A stretch of 64,000 nucleotides of DNA from positions 5,580,001 through 5,644,000 of the forward strand of contig NC_043017.1 of NCBI RefSeq assembly GCF_006345805.1. Reading direction: 5' to 3'. Below are positions 1 through 12,023 of this stretch, one piece after another. The notes under the pieces are model-generated. The model did no database searches and was not told the origin of the DNA. It saw nothing but the letters and a program-made list of their open reading frames with translations. Numbering within the stretch: position 1 is the first letter of the stretch; each line of letters opens with the position of its first letter. A program made the translations under genes and the position numbers. The DNA comes from Octopus sinensis (Eukaryota).

Positions 1-773
1 GAAACTCAGATTGAAGTTGCTGTTGTTTGCCCAGGTTAGAACTGATTAAGCAAACCTATGATCAAAGGCACTTTTGCTGCTATCATTTGGCTTTCTTGCA
101 TATCTAGGGCTACTTTGTATAGATTTAATCCTTTTTTTACAAGAAGAAGAGTATATATTTTTACATTTGCTATTTTAAATGGATTGAAGCAACAACATAG
201 AGACTCTCTTCTTGGCTCAGATGAATACAAGCAAAAGTATTTGGTGTGTGTGTGGTGGGGGGGGGGGGTACTGAAGACTCTAAATCCGGGCAGAGAATAG
301 TATATATTCAATAAGACATTACCGGAACCTGTGTTTTTGTTGGCAGGGTGGTTGAAGGATAAAGATAACTAACAGAATTTGAATTTAGAATAGCAGAGAA
401 ATAAACTTGAGTTTACAGTTTACCACCTAACTAGTTTTACTGCCTTGATCCCATAAAAACACTACCAGCAATGACTGAACTAATATGGCTAAATGTTAAC
501 AGCAGTGGAAAATGAAAATGTACAGCGATTACTTCTAATTGTCTAAGACATTGGCACAGTAAGTAAAGCTTTTCAAATGCAAACTGAAATAAATCTTGTT
601 AACAAATTACTTCCAAATAAATTTCTCAGTAATAATCTGTCTATATCACTGATAAAACATTTTTAGTTCTTCATACACCTTGGAGTTTCAGATATTTGGT
701 ATCTAGTAGTAGCTATGACAAAATTTAAAAAATTATAAAATGTAGATTAAAGATTTTAAGAAAAATACCTCAC

Positions 774-880
774 CTGCAGTACTGGCACCGGTTGCGATTG
801 GCTCTCATAACATTGCACATTTTGTTTTTTAAACATGGGCGATAACTTATCTTTTGTTGTATGCTCCTTCGGAAAAATCC
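774..880 (-). CDS. E75: Coding exon of the E75/Rev-erb-like (NR1D) nuclear receptor, second zinc finger
   Basis: The minus strand reads ctctttcttcatatacag|GGA TTT TTC CGA AGG AGC ATA CAA CAA AAG ATA AGT TAT CGC CCA TGT ... CGG TGC CAG TAC TGC AG|gtgagg = [35 protein letters not shown] plus AG. It is 107 nt and in phase with the 3428-3516 exon. GFFRRSIQQ is characteristic of the NR1D/E75 group. No following LKKC exon was found in 1-773. Confidence 0.96.
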
Positions 881-3149
881 CTGTATATGAAGAAAGAGAA
901 AAGATTTTGAATATATGGTCTTGTACATGTAGCAGAAGATAAAAATCATATGGATAAAACAAACTCGTGGGTCATCAGTTCACATTCAGGGCAAGTATAG
1001 CAGTGTATTTGAATTGGGCACACTGTTCAGTGAGTATCAGTTTATTTCTCTGTGTGAAAACAAGTTCTGGAAATATGACCTACAAGCCAGCCAGATGGCT
1101 CAAAAGCAAAACTGAGACTAGGAAATTTTAAATTAAAAATTAAAGAGTTGTGAGCTTAAAGGCCTTACTTGTCACATCAACTGGACAATCCCTCGAGAAA
1201 TACTGTTATTTTTGTTTGGTACATTGAGAGGCGGTCTAAACTAAAGATATAACAATTCAACTGGCAACAGAATTTTAAACTAATAACAAACACAGCCATT
1301 GCATTTTGTTTTGTTTAAACACTCCACACCAGTGTTCCAACCCAAACTAGCATGGAAAAAGTGGACATAAAATGATGACGATGATGAAGAACAACAATGA
1401 TGATGACAATGTAAAATACCAAAAGATAAGCATATACACACAGTTATATGGTCAAGATGTTCACCTTTCTACATTCAATGGAATGTGGGATTGAATGTTC
1501 CACATTTAATCCCACAGCCTATGTACCTTGGGCATATATGTGTCTTCAAGTGTAGCACTGGGCTGACCAATATCTTATGAGTGGAACTTGGTAGCTGAGG
1601 AGGGTCTGTCATAAATGTGTATTAATGTTTATACCAATTGTTAAAACTGGTGCAATGTTGTGTTATGTCCCTGTGTGCCTATAACTTAACTCCTAGATTC
1701 ATTCTTTTTTTAATTATATTTTTGTTGAAGTACACTACTTTTGTTTTCATTAATTATGAAGAGGAATAATTTTGTGACATAAATCAACATCAAATTTTTA
1801 TGGAAGAATTTAGTTCAGCTCACTTTAAAACAGAGGCAGTCTCAGGAAAATTAGAATGGGGAAGAAAAGAAAAGAGATATATTAAAATAAGTAGCGAACT
1901 GAAATAAGCATCTGGGGTCAGCATATTGAATTAAACCCTTAAAAGCAGTGCCACGGCATGGCAGTGATCCAATGACCAGAGCCAGTAACACTATAAAAGA
2001 GTGTACTACAAATCTCACTGATTTGATTTAAAAAAAATAGATTTGTATAAATGGACAAAAATTATTTTATAAAACATTTAAAAACGGAAATGAGGAGACA
2101 AATTAATTTAGTTCATTAACATTTATTTCTATCATTTTGCTAATATCAGAAAATTTTTATCCTATTTTTATGAAGAAGCTGCATTTATTGTTAAAAAAAT
2201 AAAAAGAGACAGAAAAACTGGACACCATAACAAGATAATTAATTGGGTTAATTATTTTAAACTGTAAAAAAATAACTTGTCACCTGATCAATGATGCTTT
2301 TAAAATTAAAGAGAGACTAACATTCACTGTTGCTATTGGGAAAATATGTCATTATTATGAAAGCACAATGACTGTGAAATAGAATAAGATGGTCATCAGC
2401 TGATACTTAACTGAGTTACTGAGATTTAAATGTGACAGACAGTGGTGAGGACATACAACTAGTTGAAACATCAGCAAGTTGACTGATACTCTTGACTCAA
2501 TGTAAAACAAGCATATCCATGTTTTATTAGAGTATGACAAGTAAATAAAAGAGGTTTCTATGCTGTTGACTTGCTACAAATAGTAGCCAAGTCTCCGTCA
2601 GTTCATATCTTAGGGTCTTTTAAATTAACACATTGGACATGATCCTAGCTGCAACATTAGTTTTCATAGCTCTGCTTGATCAAGGCTGATCTGGGACAAA
2701 TTAAGTCATGAGTAAATAAACCGTAGAAGTTTATATATCTCCTCTACACAAGGCACTGAAGCCTAAAACTGATATTAGGACTGTATGGAAAACTAAAATA
2801 GCATATAGTCATCAAATAAGAATGGTTAAACAAAATTGTTTCTTTTGTGCATAACACAATGCTCATTTGTACAGGGATGGGTGAAGACCAAAGTTTCTTC
2901 AACTCCAGTGTTTTCCACTAAGTTGAGTCATCTCAGAGAGATTGAGGTTAAAATGGAATCCTTTAGCAACAGTCAAGGTAATCCTCTTTTACAGGTGCAA
3001 AACTTGGACTGTCATTAGGTCCATGGCCATGTCCCCTCAATGTATGTTAAACTCAGATGCTCTGGATAGTCCCCAGGGTAAACTGGATTTGTAGGTGACC
3101 AAGGAGCAATTCAATAGGGAATTCACACAATTGACCAACAAGATAGCAA

Positions 3150-3275
3150 GAAGACATTTGATAATTAGCAGGCACTGTCTTTGAGAGACCCAGAGTTGCT
3201 CACCGGGCAAGTGTTCATCTGGAACCAACTCATGAGAGTGTAAAGCTGGGTGTCTTTCAAAACCTTGTATCAATA
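3150..3275 (+). mobile_element. Old CR1-like LINE 3' remnant in the intron between the two finger exons
   Basis: QVFIWNQL...SFKTL resembles WNxLP...SFK. Confidence 0.35.
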
Positions 3276-3355
3276 TCCTTAGAGGTGAGTAGTATTGTAA
3301 CTACTGATAAACTTAAAACAATGCTAATGAGACATGATAGGTGAGGTCGTTATCA

Positions 3356-3538
<183 letters not shown>

Positions 3539-6500
3539 TTAAAATTAACATTATATTTTCTTTTTTACTGATACATGAAACAAATTTAGAAGTATCAAAT
3601 CATTCAATTTTGCATAGACATCAAATTAAAGTTTATTACAAACACCTTAATATTAATCATCCCGCTGGTTTCTGATTTATTAAAAAAGGCCTTAGATTTT
3701 GAGTATTTAACTGGTACTTTATTTCGTAAGAGACAAAAGTTGATCTTGGCAGGATCTGAACTCAGAATATAAAGTGCCAGAATGCTGGAAGGCAATTTTT
3801 TTCCATAAATCTAATAATACTGCCAGCTCACAGCCTTTTTTATCATCATCATAATAATGGTTCCAAATTTTGACACAAAGCCAGCAAGTTCAGAGATGGG
3901 AAAGTTCGGTAGCATTAACCCCAGTGCTCAACTGGTAGTTATTTTATTGACCCCAAAAGGATGAAAAGTAAAGTCAACCTCAGCAGAATTTCAACTCAGA
4001 ATGTAAAAATAACGAAATGCCACTAAAAATTTTTGTTGTTTAATCACAAGTTGCCTGTGATAAGCACCTCTATGGTCAAAGGCACTAAAGTTTGAACCAT
4101 CTCCCTATTTTTGTTGTGTTCTCCACTAGGCAAAGTTCATTTGACCACTTGATCCTTGTATTGCTACTTTTATTAGAAGGTAGAGTTTGAAGAAAGATTT
4201 AACTGCCATTACTAGCAAATCAGGCAACAATGGTGTAGATTTATCTTTTCCGTGGCTTGGTCAGAATAGGAAGGGTAGTATTCTTCAATTTTTCATGATT
4301 TCCATAAATTGGTGGAGGGAAGTTATCCACATACTAAGGACCAGGCACAAGTGATTACAAGAATTTACCACTACCATTTTCTAGTTTAGCAGTACTATCT
4401 GGCCCTTGGTATGCTGAGTTCACTAACTATAAGGTATGTTAAGTAAACAATAGTTAAAGGGCAGCTGTATTTTGCAGTCTAGCTGTGGAATCATTGTATT
4501 ATATGGTCTAAAGAATCAATCTGTACCACATGAACTATATTAACAAGTTGCAACAATTACCACACTGTGTAAACACATATTTATGTACTGCCACACCTTT
4601 GCACAGCACTAACCAGTACAGCTAACCTCAAGTAGTAGTAGGAGTAGCAGCAGCAGTAGCATTGTTTTGTGGTATTGGGATAATTGTGGATGTTCAGGAA
4701 AGGGTTGAAGGATGCATTAGTGACATTATAGTATTGGTGGTAGAAGTTATATGTAGTAGGAATGGTGATGGATAAAATAACAGGTCAGACAATAGTAACA
4801 AAAGGCAGGACACCACCACCACCACCCTCCATACTCAGGTATATTCAAACAAGAAGGGGAGAAGGGGTACATGTAGTTTAAGTACAGTTAACTTGAATGA
4901 ACAAAGAGGGGAAGAGCACTGGCAGTTCACAGGCAGAAAACACCTAAGTGTGAGGGTGCATGAGTGTATATAGGAAGGCACCCAGGATTTAGAGAAATAG
5001 TGATCAAGAGAAAGAAAGTCTAAAATCTAAAGAGAAGAGGGAGAGAAAGAGAGACAGGGAATGTTGGGAAGAACAGCATACAAAGAGATGGGAGAGAGTA
5101 GATAGTAAGAAAGAGAAGAAGGAATAGAGAGTATATTGTTATTCTTGAACCCAGAGCAGTTCTGATACAGATCTATGTAGAGGGCATTCCAATTGTGACC
5201 ATCACATCTCTATTCAGATATAGTGTATCTAGGATTACACAATCCAATGTGTCTTCTTTTTTTTTGAGAACAGTAGTGCATTATTTAGCTCCTATTTCTA
5301 GTAAGTCAAGAGACTAACTGAAATAACAAATATCAGAAGTAAAACTACAAAACTGAGAAATGAACCTACAATAAAAACTCTGGAAATTATCATTCATCCA
5401 TAGATAAGCCAATGAAGTAGTTACTACAGAATCATTCTTAATCTGCAAGAAATAGCAGCCAATATCTCCTCATACCACACTCTACCATCATTAAAAAGTA
5501 CACATTGGACTAAAGTAATCCTAGATTCAAACTCAATATAAAATAAGATGTCTCTGATGAAAGTGCTTTGATCATAGATCTACTTCATCAGAGCTGATCT
5601 AAAATGAAACAAATGACAATAATTTATATATATTATGAGCTGCTCTTAAGAAATACTTCACTCTTATACTAACAGCAATGGTAAGAGATGTAAACACAAT
5701 ACTCAGCTGTCAACACACCTTGAATTTACAATTACAATAATTTCATTAATAAAGCATAAAAGCCACAAACTCATCTTTTCCCAATATCTGAATGTCTCAG
5801 TCTTCAAGAAACCACCTGGTTTCATGGCTTAAGCCCAAGTTGTAGGTGGAAATTACAGAACCCTATCATTCATATATATATATTTCAATTCCATTATAAC
5901 CCTTTCCTATGTGCTTGCATGGGCCAGATAGAATTTGTTGAGGAAATTTTCTACATCCAGATGCCCTTCCTGTTGCCAAACCTCACCTATTTCCAAGCAA
6001 GATAATATTTCCCTCTGACCGTTAATTTTTCCTTGAAAGATAGGAGATGAATGGCAACAACTGTATGACAGTGGTGCCAATTGTGTGTAAGCACATATAT
6101 ATGTATACGCACACACATTGGCCTCAGTCAGTTTCTCCTTTGATCACCATGGGGCCATAGTAGAAGAAACTTGCTGAAGGTGCTACACAGTAGGACTGAA
6201 ACATGTGGTTAGGAAGCAAACTTCTTAACCACAGAGTCATACCAACATCTGCAATATGTGTGTGTGTAACATCGGTACAGTAGAAAAAAATATTATGCAT
6301 TAAGTTGGATCCGCTTACTTCAAAAAGGTAAAACTTAACCATTTGAAAAACTGAAATCAATAAAATAAGTACCTAACCACAGTAAGTATTAGGTCGATAT
6401 GATTGACTAAACCTGTTGAAGGAGGTACTTCAGCATGGCCACATTTCAATGACTGAAACTTGTAAAAAGAGAATAAAAGAATGTATTCTATAGAAAGAAA

Positions 6501-8312
6501 TAAGATTCTGGAATTCCAAAGCTTCATTCAATAGTTTCCATTTCCATATATGCTGAAGATAGGCATGAATGTCACTGTCTTCCAATCTATATTGTTAAAA
6601 AAGAATTCTTGAATTTGGATGACTATGCAAGAAATAAACATTAATTTAGCTGAAGTATCAGTTCACATACACATACACACACACTTTTAGCTAAATAGGT
6701 TGTTATCAAAAATGGGTCAAGTTGATATTTGTTTTTCACTCCTTTTCCTAGTTACCTGCTTCTGTAATCAATAAATAATGTGGAATGTAGGTGATGGAGA
6801 TAATGGTGGTTATCTTAGGGCTGAGGAGGAGGTAGTGGGGAAGTAATGATAACAAAATAAATATACCATTTATAATGGAAGTATGTGAGGCAGTAATGAA
6901 AAAATCATTTTCTTCCCTTCTTTTTTCACTCCCCCACACCTTTTCCCTCTGAATTCCTTTCCTGCATAATTCTCACCTTTTCCCTCAATTTCTCCTCCCT
7001 CGCTCCCTCACTGCACATTAATGACAACGATAATATGTGGATACACATAGGGCATTAATTAGAAAAATTAGTTATAAACAAAACAGAAGGTATTCTTTAC
7101 AAAGTCATAAATTCAAGGATATAACAAAACGTTTTGTTGTGGGAATTAATTCACAATCCAAGAATTGTCCAATAACTTCAACCATTCAGACTATTTTGAT
7201 TGTATTTGTATATGCATGCATTTGCAGAAGCAATTGTGATACTCATTTTTCCTTTGTCTTTTTTTCAATATGTTTTGTTCATTCGAGTAATGCTGTACTG
7301 TCAGTTACTTTCCAAGTAAAAAAATATGTGTATCTGTGTGTAATTACATCAGGTAGTAAATTACCTAATGTATGTAACCCTAAAATGTACATCACCCCCA
7401 AACAGAGGCGTTTTCTATAATTAGGTCAGTGGAGTTAGCACACTAAACCTTCAACTGCAATTCTTCCATTTATAAATAGAATAATCACACACAGCTAACG
7501 TGAATCATCAATCTACTTCCTAATCAGCAAAATGTTTGGGTTTAACTATTTAGTATTCAAATAACTCTGTCAAATGTCACACTTATTTATTCAAAATGTT
7601 TTGAATTAATCATGTATTACGTTGTAGCTTTAAGATTTTAATGATGTGATTGTAAATTTTTAGAATGCCACTCTAGGGTAGGTATGAGAGGCCAGATCAG
7701 GCCAGTTTGAACATAAAACAAGCAGAATATTTTGGCTGGATATAGCTGGTTTAAAATGCTAAAGAGTTAATAGCTGTAACAATGCCATTCAGGCTTTTAT
7801 ATTGTTTATTGAAGAAGTTATGACACAAAACTTAAATTTAGAAAGTAGTTGATTTTATCAAAAGGATTAAAAGAAATAGTCTATAAAAACACCGCATAAG
7901 AAAATCAGAAGCATCTTTCTTTATCTGTTTAAAAAGCTGAAGCACATCAAAGTTAGAAGTAAAAGCAAGATTAAACACCTAAAGCAACAAAACAAATTAT
8001 CATTTAAAAAAAAATTTAATTAGGTGCATAACCTTTCCTTTTTGAAATTAAAGTATTGTTTAAATATAAAATATAAATGAATACATTGTGTGTATATGTG
8101 TGTGTGTGTGCATGCACACACGTTTATGTGTGCACGTGCACACACATTTGTCTTTTCTGTTTCTCATTCCTTCTGTGCTTCTCCCTTCTGATAAAAGACT
8201 CATGTCCAAAACATTAAAGCATCTTGTTTCCATTAAAGCATTAAGCTAATACCTTATTTGTTAAACCTAGTTCTTCATATGCACTCATTTTTTATTGCTC
8301 ATTGTATTTACA

Positions 8313-8353
<41 letters not shown>

Positions 8354-8550
8354 TGTTGAAATGGAAAGATGAATTTTCTTGTTACGGATTATTCAAAAGT
8401 TTAACCGATACCTGGGTAGCAAAAATCACAGCAGAAAAAACACGGTTGGAGATAAGACCATATGGTGTTGCAACCGTGCGTTGGTGCGGATAATTGAAGT
8501 TTAATATAATTAGTGAATGGAAGGAATGGAGTTGAACGAAGATTGTACAG

Positions 8551-8658
8551 AATTCCTTTTATTACATTCTACACATGTTTCAAAGGCCACAATTTTCCAA
8601 ATTCTGATTAAATAAGGATACCATATTGCAGCTTTCTCTTCAGGAAAAACCAGGAATT
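8551..8658 (-). ncRNA. Type I hammerhead ribozyme-like motif (left arm, sense to the E75 pre-mRNA)
   Basis: Exact mirror copy of 8836-8943 on the minus strand. Confidence 0.55.
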
Positions 8659-8835
8659 ACGTTGTCAGAACAAAACAAAACAGAGGCGCAGCAAAGCAAT
8701 TCGAACGAGGACGCTCCTTAAGAGCCCATGGGTAAATGAACGTACATTGATAAACAGTTTACCCATGGGCTCTTAAGGAGCGTCCTCGTTCGAATTGCTT
8801 TGCTGCGCCTCTGTTTTGTTTTGTTCTGACAACGT

Positions 8836-8943
8836 AATTCCTGGTTTTTCCTGAAGAGAAAGCTGCAATATGGTATCCTTATTTAATCAGAATTTGGAAA
8901 ATTGTGGCCTTTGAAACATGTGTAGAATGTAATAAAAGGAATT
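8836..8943 (+). ncRNA. Type I hammerhead ribozyme-like motif (right arm)
   Basis: CTGAAGA at 8851-8857; stem II GAAAGCTGCAAT/ATTGTGGCCTTT; GAAA at 8913-8916; short stem III AC-ATGT-GT; cleavage triplet GTA at 8922-8924. Stem I is TTC/GAA, an internal loop, then AATTCCT/AGGAATT. AATAAA lies at 8931-8936. Confidence 0.55.
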
Positions 8944-8981
8944 CTGTACAATCTTCGTTCAACTCCATTCCTTCCATTCAC

Positions 8982-9026
<45 letters not shown>

Positions 9027-9784
9027 TTCCAGATATTTGCATTCCAAGTTCAAATATTCAAATTCAACTGAAGTCAACTTTGCCTCTCATCTTTCAGGGG
9101 TTGATAAAATATAGTACCAATCTGTGACTGGGGTTAAATTGTCTCCTCCTCCCTTACACATTTTTGGCTCTTTAGCTATGTTACAATAAAAATTATCTTC
9201 TTGTGATTATTCTTACTAATGATTTCTCATATGTACAACTTTTAAAAATAATTTCAAAGCAGCATGTCACTGCAACCTGATTACTTACGTATAAAATACT
9301 TTTAATATTAATAACTGTAGCAAATTCTATAAAAAAAAAAATGCAGACCAAACAAGGTAAACCTACACTACATTTAAACTAGATGATAAAAACACTAACC
9401 CTTACATTATTTTATACAGACACTCCAGTTTTCATAAATCTGGATTTTGCATTTGTATTTATACTGGTTTTTGTGAGTGAAGAGTAAAAAGAGAGAGGGG
9501 GAGGGAAAGAGAGAGAGGAGGGGCATGTGTGTGTGTGGAAGATACAAAAGAAAGTAAAACGGTAGAGAAGATGGGACAGGTGTGTATATACATACAAAGA
9601 TGATAAAATGATGTGTATTTTGCATGCAATGAAAGAATGGATTCAATGAATTAGCAACAATATTTGTTGTTGTTTGGATGCAGAAACACTATCAAGTTAT
9701 CTTTTATGTTCATTTTTTTTTTGTTTTTTACTTTCTGCAGAACTGTTATTATTGTGGTTGATGACAACAGATGTATTTTGAATT

Positions 9785-9797
9785 AGGTCAGTGAACT
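9785..9797. promoter_or_regulatory. Candidate IR1 nuclear-receptor element (EcRE/FXRE type)
   Basis: AGGTCA G TGAACT matches RGKTCA N TGAMCY fully. Function is untested. Confidence 0.35.
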
Positions 9798-10066
9798 TGT
9801 GGAAGAATGACTGACTACCCTTGATATTTTATTATAAAATATTTTATTGAAGCAACAATGATACTAGATATGACAACAATTAATTAAACAAAACATACCA
9901 AAAAATTGTTCATAACCCTGCCCCCCTCATACTCGCATAGAATTCTCTTAACAACTGGGAGTTGAGTATGTATTCATCTAAAAGAAGCTTGACCCCAACT
10001 GAAATCCCATTGCTACTTTTACTAACATTATAATGTTCTTCATTTTATTTGTACATACACGTGGAC

Positions 10067-11428
10067 TAGGGTGGAGCAAAAAATGCAACTTTTGAAATTG
10101 TAACCCAGAATCGATATTTTTTTGTGAATTAGGGTTAAAAGAAAGGTTTTTAAAGAACTTTGCAGTTAAATATTTTTTTCAGGCTCTACAATGCAATTGA
10201 ATATTTTCAAAATCATTATTTTTGGTCAAATTTGGGTTTTCATGGATTATAAATCATAACAAATACAAAGCAGAATGCAAACTGTAAATGTAGTATCCTT
10301 AAGTGGTTGCATACCAAGTTTCAATATAATTGACTAATATCTTGAGGTTCTGCATTGACTCTATAGAGAACGTGAGTGTGAACTTCTCTCCAGTCCCGCT
10401 GCATGTGGATGTACATCATACATGTGTGAAGTTTTCTGCTTTGTACCTTGACTTTAGGCCATTGTATCAAAATTAATGATCGTGTTAAATTTAGTGTTGT
10501 TTACATTTAGTGATGACTCATAAGTCAATAACACATCATGACATTGAATGCCCAATATTTGGTACTCCGTGTGATCTTAGCGAGCGAGTTTCACCAACTT
10601 ATAAGGATGTACTAAGACAAAAAAAGGACTTCAAATTGAAAGGTAATACAGCAATAATCAATTAGAATTATTTAGTTTTAGCTATTTTGAACATAACAAA
10701 TAATTAGTATTGTGTTGTTTTAGGAATTTCCAAAACAACAAATCTTTGACTGTTCCATTCTTTATTTGAGAGTGTAATGCTATTATCGTCTACAAAAAAA
10801 AATTGGCTTTATTACTGAAATGAAAAGGAATGCACTACAACGATTTGTATTATTTAGTTACATGGAATTATTTCGAATAAATTGAAAATGTTAATTATTT
10901 TTATCACCAAAATGTGTCAAGAATCAAAAATTGGTTTACACGTAATTTTATTTTAATTTGTGTGTAATCTAGACCTCATGAAACACATATTTGGTGACCT
11001 AGTATTAAAAATAATAAAGAAAAAGTCGAAAAGTCTATTTATTTCACATAATTTCGAAATTTCAAGTGTTTTGCGGAGCCTGAAGATATATATTTTAAAG
11101 TTTGAGATTTTAACACTCTTGTTTCTAAAGGATTACACAAAAGACAATCGATTCATAATCATCATCATCATCATCATCATTTAACGTCCGTTTTCCATGC
11201 TAGTATGGGCTAATGAATGTAAAAAATAAAATGAGGAACGCTAAACGTGTTATAAATTGATTTTCTTCTCGTTATTCAAAATTTCAAGGGGGCTGCGGAG
11301 CCTGAAGATGTAAATTTAAGAACTTCTGAGTATAACACAGTTGTTTTTAAAGGATTTCACAATAAAAAATATATTCTTGAAAGCATTTCCAAAATCTGTG
11401 TAAAAAGTACCTTTATCACCCCACCCTA
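10067..11428. mobile_element. Old non-autonomous hAT-like element with TAGGGTGG termini
   Basis: TAGGGTGG at 10067 and CCACCCTA ending at 11428. Putative TSD ACGTGGAC/ATGTAGAC (6/8 match). An internal direct repeat GCGGAGCCTGAAGAT is separated by a SINE tail at about 11155-11210. Confidence 0.5.
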
Positions 11429-11728
11429 ATGTAGACATATATAAATGTGTATGTGTGCATGTATGCATGTACACATATGGAGAAATAAACAAACAGGGTG
11501 TGCATTGCGCCACATGGCTATATCAAGGGTTGAACAGAAAGAACACAACAATGAGAAAAAGTTAAATGAAACCAGAGCAAATGGGAAATTAGATGGAAAC
11601 TTAATGGACAGGAAATTTAGACTAAGACACAATACACAGAATATTCACAGCTGAGTTTTCCTTGTCAGTCAATGACCCAAAATATCATAGTGGTTTCGCA
11701 CCATTACCATTGAGACCACTCAATCTTG

Positions 11729-11986
11729 GAGGCACCAGTGCTGTCATTAAGCTACTGGGAAAAAGCTAGCTCCTTTGTTCTCTTTCCCTCTCTCAATACT
11801 TCCTCTTCCCTATCACATGACCAGTGTCTGGCAAAGGCAGTGTTGTTCCGTTTTTGCCCTGCCTTTGACCAGACTGGTCATGCTGATCTGGGCTCCTGCT
11901 ACGTCCTCTAGGACTTATTTTATTTCATCTTTGCACAACCCACAAACTTCATTCGATAGCTGCAAAACTCTTTCCATTGTATTTGT

Positions 11987-12023
<37 letters not shown>

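Larger units (their letters stand above)
8349..8990. mobile_element. Young insertion in a (TA)n tract, head-to-head duplicated, Penelope-like/retrozyme-like
   Basis: Flanked by (TA)n on both sides and CpG-rich relative to its surroundings. Arms 8504-8736 and 8758-8990 are exact reverse complements by eye, with a 21-nt spacer. The left copy has about 155 extra nt (8349-8503). There is no RT or endonuclease ORF, so the family assignment is inference. Confidence 0.7.
8504..8990. repeat. Perfect inverted repeat with 233-bp arms and a 21-nt loop (8737-8757)
   Basis: Base-by-base comparison; paired coordinates sum to 17494. I found no mismatch. Confidence 0.97.

Noticed and set aside
1484-1516. 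14-bp hairpin
   Set aside because: Too short for a pre-miRNA and lies in an old SINE; likely a micro-inversion.
5553-5592. CTGATGA within an inverted repeat
   Set aside because: Part of repeat family E, with no GAAA/stem III in hammerhead order.
9288-9325. 38-nt segment with a strong acceptor and a GTAAGT donor on the minus strand
   Set aside because: Has a stop codon in the frame required to join the finger-1 exon; it could only be non-coding, and nothing supports that.
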